Shown one piece after another: positions 41,937 to 50,105 of a stretch of DNA of 64,000 bases. Numbering within the stretch: the first letter of the stretch is position 1; every line of letters starts with the position of its first letter. A program made the position numbers and the translations under genes. The DNA comes from an uncultured Verrucomicrobiae bacterium. Its GTDB lineage: Bacteria > Verrucomicrobiota > Verrucomicrobiia > Palsa-1439. The stretch lies in assembly GCA_963812605.1 (NCBI GenBank), contig CAWEWF010000014.1:256001-320000 (forward strand), in the 5' to 3' direction. Below the pieces are notes generated by a model. The model did not search any database. It saw only the letters and a program-made list of their open reading frames with translations, and was not told the origin of the DNA.

Positions 41937-43307
41937 ATGGATCCCGGTTACCAAGCGCTGGGCTTTGCTTTGCACCCAGTGTGCTCGCCGCGCCGCCTCC
42001 TGTTCCTGGCCTGCGTGGTCTTCCTGCTTTTCGGCTGTGGTCAGGCCTCAACGGACACGGAACAGGAAACCACCCGCACCGCGATACCGATCGACGAACA
42101 CCACACAGTGATCACCGCGACGACCCGCGATAGCGTGGGCCCGCTCAGCGTGGAGGAACTGGCCCGCAAGTCCGCGCTGGAAGCCGAACTGGCCGACGAA
42201 CGCCCGACCCATCGCCTGAAATTGCGTAATGGCCGCCTGCTCGAGGGCCGCATCGTCTCCGAAACTCCTTCCACCATCCGCTTTCGAGACGGCTTCGGAT
42301 ACTCCGGCTTTGTCGTCGAGTCCTATCGGCGCAGCGATGTTCTCACGGTCGAAACTCTCCCGGCGGCGGCTTTTGAAGTAACGCCGCGCGACGTGCGTTT
42401 CAGCGCCGAGTTTCCCGAGTTCCATTTCGTCAAGTCCCCGCCCTACACGGTCGTTACCGACGAATCCTTTGGCGAAGTGCAGAAGATTCTCCTCGTGCTG
42501 GCCGACCTGCGCGAACAACTTCACCAACGCTTTGCCCCGCTGATCAAGCAGGACGGCGACCTGCAAGATGTCCACGTCGTATTTTTTGGCTCCGAGGAAC
42601 CCTTCCGAAAGTACGCGTTGCGCACCGCGCCGTCTTTCGTCAATAGCGCGGGCTTTTTCTCTTCCGGCGAGAACCGGCTCGCCCTGCTCAACCAGTTGGG
42701 GACATCCCGTTATACGGACGCGCAAGTTCGCCTCGACGAGCGCAGCCGCCACCTCAGCAATTTCGCCGACGCGGGCCCGCAACTCGCCGCGTTGCGGTCC
42801 GACATCACGTCCGAGGCGAAGTCGATGAACGAGCGGCTCATCCGCCATGAAGGCGCCCACCAGCTTTTTCATGCGTATCACGTGCACTCGCGCTTCGGCC
42901 TGGAACCGACCTGGCTCACGGAAGGTCTCGCCCAATACTGTGAGACCCCCGAGATCGGCCATTACCACGCGACGTTGGCTGACCGCATTACGCGCGCGCG
43001 CAAGGCCGGTCAACTACTGCCGCTGCAAACACTGTTGAACCACCGCGATACCTCGGGATTTTTCGCCCTGGGCGAGGGGAACATCGAGTTGGCCTACGCG
43101 GAGAGTTGGGCGCTGGTGTACATGCTGATGCAGGACGAATTCCGCGGTCGCTTCTTCGATTACATCAGGTCGTATCGGGACATCGAGAACTACCGCGCCG
43201 CGCATGCCGCGGAAAAAGTTCAACCGGAAACATTGCTGGAAGCGCAGTTGAAGATGAACCTCAACACACTCGAAAGCCAATGGGATTCCTTCATAACCCA
43301 TCTGTAA
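41937..43307 (+). CDS. DUF1570 / peptidase-MA-like zinc-binding lipoprotein
   Basis: Lipobox-like FLLFGC; IRHEGAHQL...PTWLTEGLAQY...YAESWALVYML. Confidence 0.75.
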   Translation: MDPGYQALGFALHPVCSPRRLLFLACVVFLLFGCGQASTDTEQETTRTAIPIDEHHTVITATTRDSVGPLSVEELARKSALEAELADERPTHRLKLRNGRLLEGRIVSETPSTIRFRDGFGYSGFVVESYRRSDVLTVETLPAAAFEVTPRDVRFSAEFPEFHFVKSPPYTVVTDESFGEVQKILLVLADLREQLHQRFAPLIKQDGDLQDVHVVFFGSEEPFRKYALRTAPSFVNSAGFFSSGENRLALLNQLGTSRYTDAQVRLDERSRHLSNFADAGPQLAALRSDITSEAKSMNERLIRHEGAHQLFHAYHVHSRFGLEPTWLTEGLAQYCETPEIGHYHATLADRITRARKAGQLLPLQTLLNHRDTSGFFALGEGNIELAYAESWALVYMLMQDEFRGRFFDYIRSYRDIENYRAAHAAEKVQPETLLEAQLKMNLNTLESQWDSFITHL

Positions 43308-43318
43308 TCCGGCGCATC

Positions 43319-44387
43319 GTGGTGTACGGCGCGTCCGTGCTGCTGCTGCTCGTCATCTTGACGCGGACGCGCGGTTTCGGACAGGGCGAATCGGGGAACC
43401 GGTCGTCGGCGCTGATGTTTGACCGTCTCCAACATGCCCTGCTCGGGGACAACAGAAAATCTCCCGAACGCGACTCAGCGCTCGCGCTACGCCAGGAGAA
43501 CACCGATGGCAATGGCGACCAGGGCAATCCCCTTCGCGATAAGCCGATGGTCTATGCGTCCGCCCGCGATATCCCGGCGCATGACGATGTCGGTCGCCCG
43601 AATTATGTGGCGGGCCAGTTGATCGTCCGTTTCCGCAGCGGCGTTTCGCATCACCGCCAGGATCAAATTGTCGATGAATTGGGCGCGCGCATCCTGCGCA
43701 CGCTGGATGCGCATCGGGGCGAATATCTCGTGGTGTTGTCCGGGGGCGTGCCCGTTCCCACCGCCGCGCAGCAGTTCGCCGCGGTCCAGGAGATCGATTT
43801 CGCCGAGCCGAACATTCTCCACTACATCAATTGATCTGCCCAACGACTGAGCGAACTGGGCCAATCATGGGCGTGTCAATTTCCGGTAGTGTGTCAGTTT
43901 GAATTCAGGCTTCGTCGATGTGTTTCTGCATTGTAGGGCAGGCGGCCCGCCTGCCATGTCCATAAACGACGGCAAGCGAGCCGCCACGTGAAACGCGGTA
44001 AACTTGCCCTACAAGTTACGCGAAATGGGCTTCGAGCAAAATGATACACTACCCAATTTCCTGGCAGCGGTCCAACAGATCGGTACGAACCTCGTCACCG
44101 CGCCGAAAGCGCCCGTCAAGTTGTCCGCGCAGGTGGCGGATCCAGGTGTTGTCGAATTGAATTGGGCTGACGGTTCGGACAATGAACAAGGTTTCGTCAT
44201 TGAACGCGCCGAAAAAGACGGCAACAGTATCGGCAGCTTTGAAGTCATCGCCGAAGTGGACCGCAGTAGCACCAATTACACCGACAACAGCGTCGCGTCC
44301 GCAGTCACCTACATGTACCGCGTGGCAGCCTTCAACGTCGCCGCGACCAACTGCACACGGCGGGTTGTGGAAGTGACGATGCCGTAG
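43319..44387 (+). pseudogene. Remnant of an S8 (subtilase) protease: prodomain and FN3 kept, catalytic core missing, interrupted by a MITE
   Basis: YVAGQLIVRFR...FAEPN prodomain; shifted frame DLPND*ANWANHGRVN|FLAAVQQI once the MITE and one TSD are removed; FN3 WADGSDNEQGFVIER...YMYRVAAFN. Confidence 0.65.
43885..44053. mobile_element. IS1-type MITE (169 bp) with 8-bp TSD, enclosing a GTAG REP doublet
   Basis: TIRs GGTAGTGTGTCAGTTTG / CAAAATGATACACTACC (15/17); perfect direct repeat CAATTTCC at 43877-43884 and 44054-44061; internal ttgtagggca...tgccctacaa at 43931-44014. Confidence 0.85.
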
Positions 44388-44526
44388 TTGATCCAGAGCC
44401 GGGATTGGGTATCAGTTGCTGGCGAGTGAGTGATGGGGTGTGGTGATACTGCCATGATGCAGCCACACATTATGACGATCGCCGCTCACAGCAAAGTGGC
44501 TTTTTCCCAAGCTAACCTGATGACCT

Positions 44527-45444
44527 TTAAAAATAAACCATCTTGTACGGCTGCACGAATATGTGATCCATCAATCGGAACAATAAGAAGGCGTTCATGT
44601 GAACCCCGAAGCATCTCATTTCTATATCGCCTAGAGGCCAATCCGATGGAGTCGTTGTGACAATATCATTTCCTATCACTTTCGGCGGGATGAATAACCC
44701 GACGGTTATGCGATGAAACGCTCTTTGCTTTTCGTAATCGATTGTCAATGGGTGAACTTGAAACACCAAAGACATTTCCATATGGTGGTTGTTTATATCG
44801 CAGCTAAAGCGAATTTGTTTGGCAATCAGCTTGTTAATCTTGGCTAGCTGGCTTGCAGCACGCTTGGATATGCGTTTACCGTGTTGCAATTCAGCAGTTC
44901 CGAAATCTATGGAGGCTGCACCAATGGAGAATGGGTGAGAGAATTCTTCTAGCAACTCTTGCCGTTGGCTTTTGGTTTTTATAGCTTGCGGTTCGAAGTG
45001 AAGTTTAGGTGGCAAAAATACCGAGTAAACATCACCTCGTTTTTCGAGCCACACGTGATTTGTAAAGCCTTGAAGTGCTAACGTGTTCAAGTGCCCTACC
45101 ATGATTTCCAATAAAGTTTTTTGCGCCGTTTTAGCATCGCAGGTATTCTGTTCGGTAAATTTACCCGTGATGAGTTGGCTGAGCTTTACATCTTTTACAC
45201 TCCAATCCCACTGCACCGGATATTGAAATTCAGTAAATGGCGAGTTCCATGTTACATCTTTGTTATTGCGATCCTCGATCTGCTGTCGAAGTCCGAAAAG
45301 TGCACGTTTTATAAATGATACAAGAACTTCAATTCGCCAATTGGGATGATCTTTCTCGTATGCCTCCAACACGTCCTGAAAAGCGCGGATGTGCTTATCA
45401 GCCGTCCAATTTTGCTTTCCTTCTTTGTCAGGATTATTTGTCAC
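44527..45444 (-). CDS. AT-rich hypothetical protein downstream of the RM genes
   Basis: 305 aa ORF, AT-rich, no motif recognised. Confidence 0.6.
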   Translation of the reverse strand: MTNNPDKEGKQNWTADKHIRAFQDVLEAYEKDHPNWRIEVLVSFIKRALFGLRQQIEDRNNKDVTWNSPFTEFQYPVQWDWSVKDVKLSQLITGKFTEQNTCDAKTAQKTLLEIMVGHLNTLALQGFTNHVWLEKRGDVYSVFLPPKLHFEPQAIKTKSQRQELLEEFSHPFSIGAASIDFGTAELQHGKRISKRAASQLAKINKLIAKQIRFSCDINNHHMEMSLVFQVHPLTIDYEKQRAFHRITVGLFIPPKVIGNDIVTTTPSDWPLGDIEMRCFGVHMNAFLLFRLMDHIFVQPYKMVYF

Positions 45445-45560
45445 GCCAGCTTCTTGGCAATTTGTTCGTCGAGGATTTCGCGGACGGTGAGGGGGATGAT
45501 GGCTTTGCCGCTATTGCCGGAGAAGCCGCGGAGTTTCGTCAGGTTGGAGTGGCCACCCAT
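45441..45560 (-). pseudogene. 39-aa ORF, possible C-terminal remnant of a methylase/Mrr-fusion gene
   Basis: MGGHSNL...SGKAIIPLTVREILDEQIAKKLA*; the stop overlaps the GTG of 44527-45444 (GTGA). Family resemblance is from memory. Confidence 0.4.
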
Positions 45561-45564
45561 GCTA

Positions 45565-46416
45565 TCAAAGGAGACTGTGCTGCACCGGTTTCACCGGGAC
45601 CGGCGTGCGGCGCTGGCTCCTCGGTTTTGGGGATGCTTTGGCGCCTAACCGCGGTAGCTCCAAACGCCGTTCTACCAACTGGACGTATTCCTCAGAAATA
45701 TCGGCCAAGATGGCGCGGCGGTTTACCCGTTGGGCCGCTTCGCCAGCCGTGCCGGAGCCACACATGGGATCAATGATTAAATCCCCTTCGCGCGTGGTCA
45801 TTCGGATCAGTTTGTCAAAGACACCGACTGGCTTCTGCGCTGGATGCCCCGTTTGTTCGCTGCGCCCCACAAATCCGACCAGGAGCGAGTCCTCGATAAC
45901 ACTGGTGGGGCCCGGTATGTAACGCAACTTTCCTTCGCGCTGCTTCTCAAGCTGGGCGTCATTCAGAAAATGCTCTGGATACAACCGGGCGCCGGGATGG
46001 GACAAATGTAGGCAGGCATTCTGACTGGAGCGCCAGCCGCGAATGACGGATGGGTTATTCTTGTAGTACCAAGTCAACCACGCGACGAGTTGTAGCGGCT
46101 GGGGAATGCGCTCCACGTAACGCGCCACGATTTCCGGGAACCCCCAGAGGAACACGTGGTCACCCACCGTCGCGGCCTCCGCCAGCAACGTTAATATGAA
46201 CGCATCGTAGTCGTCGCGTACGCCGCCGAATCCTTTATTGTACCAAGGATCCAGGATAACGGCCTGTGCTCGTATCCCCGCCGTTTTCAATAGCAACAAA
46301 CTATCCAACACGTCCATCGGCGGGAGCAGGGCCAATCCATCAATTTGTAGGGCTCTGGAAATGAGGCTGTCAAACCGAGGCTTTTTTGGCTGCGCGCGCA
46401 CGTGGGGGGCAATCAT
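45565..46416 (-). CDS. Beta-class amino-DNA methyltransferase (M.KpnI-like)
   Basis: Motif IV ILDPWY precedes HPAQKP and motif I DPMCGSGT; ATGA-coupled to the endonuclease. Confidence 0.9.
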   Translation of the reverse strand: MIAPHVRAQPKKPRFDSLISRALQIDGLALLPPMDVLDSLLLLKTAGIRAQAVILDPWYNKGFGGVRDDYDAFILTLLAEAATVGDHVFLWGFPEIVARYVERIPQPLQLVAWLTWYYKNNPSVIRGWRSSQNACLHLSHPGARLYPEHFLNDAQLEKQREGKLRYIPGPTSVIEDSLLVGFVGRSEQTGHPAQKPVGVFDKLIRMTTREGDLIIDPMCGSGTAGEAAQRVNRRAILADISEEYVQLVERRLELPRLGAKASPKPRSQRRTPVPVKPVQHSLL

Positions 46417-47123
46417 TTCGCAATCTTTCGTCTAATGTTACCGGCCTTGGACATCTCGTAGCCAAAATACTCCAATAGGAATCGAAAGACCATCTTCTTT
46501 TCTTGAGATGGAGCTGCCTGTACCACCGCGTACGTATTGAGCTTGCCAGTTAGGTTATCCCAATAGTGTTTCTTTACGACTTGATGGCGACCACAGAGGG
46601 CCTGCCATTCATTAGGATCGTTTCGGGCAACCTTCGGGTTGATGGCGTGTGGCCGTCGATGATCAGGAGTTAGCTTCACTCGCCCGCCGCCCACAGGGTC
46701 AATTTCACCTTCTTTCAAACCACATATCTCTGCCGCCTCCGACCATTCGCAGCAGTAGTCGGCTCGCTTCAATACAGCGATCCAAGCGACATCTGACGGT
46801 CGTACGCGGCGGGCTGCCTGCCGCCGTTTCTTCGTATGTGGCATCAGGTATTCCTGAACCTTGAGGTCGCCCCGGTTGCGCCACGACAGAATCGTATAGC
46901 CGTCATCGGTTCGCAGTTCCGATAACCGCTGATGCCAGTTCTCCGGCTCTGCTCCTGTCTTGGGATCTTTCGCTGCTTGGAGAATCTGTTCACGGCTGAG
47001 AATTCTTCCGACATTGTCGAGGAACAACGCCTCAAGCCGCTTTTTCACTGTGGACTGCCGGTATTTGCAGCGAACCTTGCCATAAGGTGGTTTGGTCGTC
47101 GCGACAGTCGCTTTCTTTGCCAT
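46413..47123 (-). CDS. HNH-type type II restriction endonuclease, KpnI-like
   Basis: RLEALFLDNVG...DPKTGAEPENWHQRLSELRTDDGYTILSWR, CEW...CGL..G.IDPVGGGRVKLTPDH, WQALCGRHQVVKK closely match R.KpnI as I recall it. Confidence 0.85.
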   Translation of the reverse strand: MAKKATVATTKPPYGKVRCKYRQSTVKKRLEALFLDNVGRILSREQILQAAKDPKTGAEPENWHQRLSELRTDDGYTILSWRNRGDLKVQEYLMPHTKKRRQAARRVRPSDVAWIAVLKRADYCCEWSEAAEICGLKEGEIDPVGGGRVKLTPDHRRPHAINPKVARNDPNEWQALCGRHQVVKKHYWDNLTGKLNTYAVVQAAPSQEKKMVFRFLLEYFGYEMSKAGNIRRKIAK

Positions 47124-47234
47124 GCTGGAGAGTGTAGTGAGACAGAGGCGGTTCGACAAGTCCTGAAGGTTGAACGACTCGCGCTTCACGGAAGCGCGGC
47201 TACAACCGGAAAAATCATTGTCGGCAACCGAGCT

Positions 47235-48215
47235 TCAAGCTGTCAGACGGGTGAGGGCTTCGAGGTATTTTTCGGTGGTCTTGCGGACCACGTCGTCGGG
47301 GAGTACGGGGCCGGGGGCGGTCTTGTCCCAATCCAGCGTTTCGAGATAATCGCGGACGAACTGTTTGTCGAAGCTCGGCTGCGGTTTGCCCGGGGCGTAC
47401 GCGTCGGCGGGCCAGAACCGCGAGCTGTCGGGTGTGAGGGCTTCGTCGATAAGGACAAGTCGCGGTTCCCCTTGCATGTCATGCTGAGCTTGTCGAAGCA
47501 TCTCGTCGTTTGGGGAGAGACCCCTCGACAAGCTCGGGGTGACCGGAGAAATGAGGCCGAATTCGAATTTTGTGTCGGCGATGATGATGCCGCGCTGGGC
47601 GGCGTGATCGCGGGCGAAGCTGTACAGCGCCAGGGAAATGTCGCGCACTTTTTCGGCGAGCGGCTTGCCGATGATTTTGACGCAGCCGTCGAAGTCGATA
47701 TTCTCGTCGTGGCCCGTTTCGGCCTTCGTGGCGGGCGTGAAAATCGGTTGGGGAAGTGGACTCGATTCGACCAGGCCTTCTGGCAGGCGATGGCCGCCGA
47801 CCATGCGGGTTTGTTTGTACTCCTTCAGGCCGGAACCCGCGAGATAACCGCGGACGACGCATTCAACAGGCAGAGGTTGGCATTTGCGCACGAGCATCGA
47901 ACGGCCCGTCAAGTTTTGTAGGGCAGCGGGCCCCGCTGCCGCCAATGATGGCAAGCGGTGCGCTTGCCCTACAAGATCAGAGGTGATGAAATGGTTCTCG
48001 ACGATGTGCCTGGTCTTGCCGAACCAGAACTCGCTGAGGGCTGTCAGGACACGACCTTTTTCGGGAATCGGATTGGGCAGGATCACATCGAAGGCGCTGA
48101 TGCGGTCCGTGGCGACAAACAAGAGTGCGTCGCCAAGATCGAAGACCTCGCGCACCTTGCCGCTTTTGAGTTTCTGGACGCCAGCGATGTCGATTTGAGT
48201 GATTGTGTTCGTCAC
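47235..48215 (-). CDS. purC: SAICAR synthetase, with two in-frame palindromic insertions
   Basis: SGKVRE, VATDRISAFD, PVECVVRGYLAGSG, ADTKFEFG, LIDEALTPDSSRFW, SFDKQFVRD. Confidence 0.97.
   Translation of the reverse strand: MTNTITQIDIAGVQKLKSGKVREVFDLGDALLFVATDRISAFDVILPNPIPEKGRVLTALSEFWFGKTRHIVENHFITSDLVGQAHRLPSLAAAGPAALQNLTGRSMLVRKCQPLPVECVVRGYLAGSGLKEYKQTRMVGGHRLPEGLVESSPLPQPIFTPATKAETGHDENIDFDGCVKIIGKPLAEKVRDISLALYSFARDHAAQRGIIIADTKFEFGLISPVTPSLSRGLSPNDEMLRQAQHDMQGEPRLVLIDEALTPDSSRFWPADAYAPGKPQPSFDKQFVRDYLETLDWDKTAPGPVLPDDVVRKTTEKYLEALTRLTA
47478..47543. repeat. GTC-ended palindromic element in frame inside purC
   Basis: gtcatgctgagcttgtcga ... tcgacaagctcggggtgac (16/19 IR), 66 nt = 22 codons. 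Confidence 0.85.
47916..47974. repeat. GTAG REP doublet in frame inside purC
   Basis: Perfect IR ttgtagggca / tgccctacaa with two internal hairpins; same ends as 43931-44014. Confidence 0.85.
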
Positions 48216-48238
48216 GGCGCTCGCCTAAGATGCATTAT

Positions 48239-48391
48239 ATGAATCCGAGCCGAAAATTTAAGGAAAATGTTTTGGTTGTCGGATTTTTTTCGCTCAGCGT
48301 CGCGGTCGTGGTGATTCTGGTCGTCGGCGCGTGGAAAGGGCGTACCTCGGTGCGCGCGTCAACTCCAACGACGGAGCAGGTCAACCACTAG
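48239..48391 (+). CDS. Possible small single-TM protein (50 aa)
   Basis: MNPSRKFKENVLVVGFFSLSVAVVVILVVGAWKGR...; 3' end overlaps the pepA 3' end. Confidence 0.35.
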   Translation: MNPSRKFKENVLVVGFFSLSVAVVVILVVGAWKGRTSVRASTPTTEQVNH

Positions 48392-49847
48392 CCGCACGCC
48401 AAATCCCGTCGCTCCTTTCGCCAAATACGGCAGATCGTCGGTCGTCCACGCCGTCCCCGCAATGTCGAGATGCGCCCAGGATGTATCCCCGACATACTTC
48501 GCGAGAAACGCGGCGGCGGTAATCGCCCCGCCGTAACGACCGCCCGTGTTCTTGATGTCGGCGACGTCGCTCTTGATCTTGTCCTTGTATTCCTGCCAGA
48601 GCGGCAGCGGCCAGACGCGGTCGCCCGTGCGCTGGCCCGAGGCTCGAATCTTATCCTGCAGGGCCTCGTCGTTGCCCAGCAAGCCAGCGGCAAAGCTGCC
48701 GAGGGCGACCACGCAGGCGCCCGTGAGCGTCGCGAAATCAATGATCGTCTTCGCGCCCCGCTGCCGCGCGTAGACCAAGTGCATCCCCGAGTACGATGCG
48801 GCCTTCCGCGTCGGTGTTGAGGACTTCGATGGTCACGCCGCGCTTGTCCGTACCGCGATAACTGGTCACGATGTCGCCCGGACGATAGCTCGTCGAGCTG
48901 GGCATGTTTTCCGCGGAAGAGATTACGCCGAGGATGTGGACCGGCAGTTTCAACCGGGCGACGGCTTTGAGAATCGCGAGGACGGCCACGCCGCCGCACT
49001 TGTCGAACTTCATCTCGTCCATCTTGTCCGACGGTTTGATCGAGATGCCGCCGGAGTCGAAGGTGATCGCCTTGCCGACGAGCGCGATGGGAGGGGCCTT
49101 TGCGGCTGTCCCTGCGGCGCCATTATATTCCAGGACGATTAAGTGCGGTTCGTTCGCGCTGCCACCGCCGACCGCGAGCAATCCGCCGAAGCCGCCTTTC
49201 TCCAATTCTTTCTTCGCGAGGATCGTGCAGGTCAGGTCCGATTCCTTCGCGAGCGCGCGGGCATAATCGGCGAGCACGCGCGGTGTCACTACATTGCCGG
49301 GCAGGTTGCCGATTTCGCGGGCATAGTTTGTGGCCTCCGCCACAATTTGCGCTTCGGCGACGATGCGCTTCGCTGCCTTCAGGTCAGCGCGCGGGGGAAT
49401 ACAGAGTGTGAGCGAGCCAAGGTCGGTTGCGTCATTATCATCGTGCGGCTTGAACTGACGGAACTTATACATGGCGAGGATTGTTGCCTCGACAATGGCG
49501 GCCAGGGAATCCGCGCCGAGGTTGTCGCTCACTTGTACAGCGGCCCGTTCGATACCGGAGTCGCGAAGTTTTTTTGCCGCAAGTCCCATCGCCCGTCGAA
49601 TGGTTTCGAGGGTGAAGTGGTCGCGCGGGCCGAGGCCGACCAGCAAGATCCGTTGCGGTGCGAGTTTGCCAGCGGTGTGCAGAAGAAAAAGTTGCCGCTC
49701 CGCACCGCGAAATTCCCTGGGGCCAACGCGGGCGAGCAGGTTGCGGAAGGCCGCAGGCCCAACGAGGCGTTCCTTCTCAAACGCAAAGAGAACCGCGGCG
49801 GGTTGCTTTTGAGAGAGCGCGGCGGAAGTGGTGAGGGGAAAATTCAT
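48359..49847 (-). CDS. pepA: Leucyl aminopeptidase (M17), frameshift near 48778
   Basis: LVGKAITFDSGG, MKFDKCG, NTDAEGR; next frame IIDFATLTGA, WAHLDIAG. Confidence 0.95.
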
Positions 49848-50021
49848 ATTGGTGGCGGATTATAGCAGTGAGCGGTAGGGCGTCAACGGTGGCGCACATC
49901 CCTCCCAATAAACCCTTGGCCAGCCAATTTTGGGCACCTGATGCGAATCTTTAGCACTTTTGCAACCACTTGGCCCAGAAGGGGTGGGAATCCTCAGGGA
50001 TCCTCCTGACAGCCTTTTCCG

Positions 50022-50036
50022 TGGCAAGTTTCGTGC
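50022..50036 (+). promoter_or_regulatory. Putative sigma-54 promoter of the hybrid kinase
   Basis: TGGCAAGTTTCGTGC, GG-N10-GC spacing, 70 bp before the ATG. Confidence 0.35.
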
Positions 50037-50105
50037 TTTCTGAAGGTTACAGAGGCGCGGACATCGGTTGCCAGCGGGACTTAGAGAGATCGCGCAATAA
50101 CAAAC

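Noticed and set aside
44004-44387. Independent 127-aa FN3 gene as given in the ORF track
   Set aside because: Its start lies inside the MITE/REP; removing the element joins it to the upstream S8 remnant.
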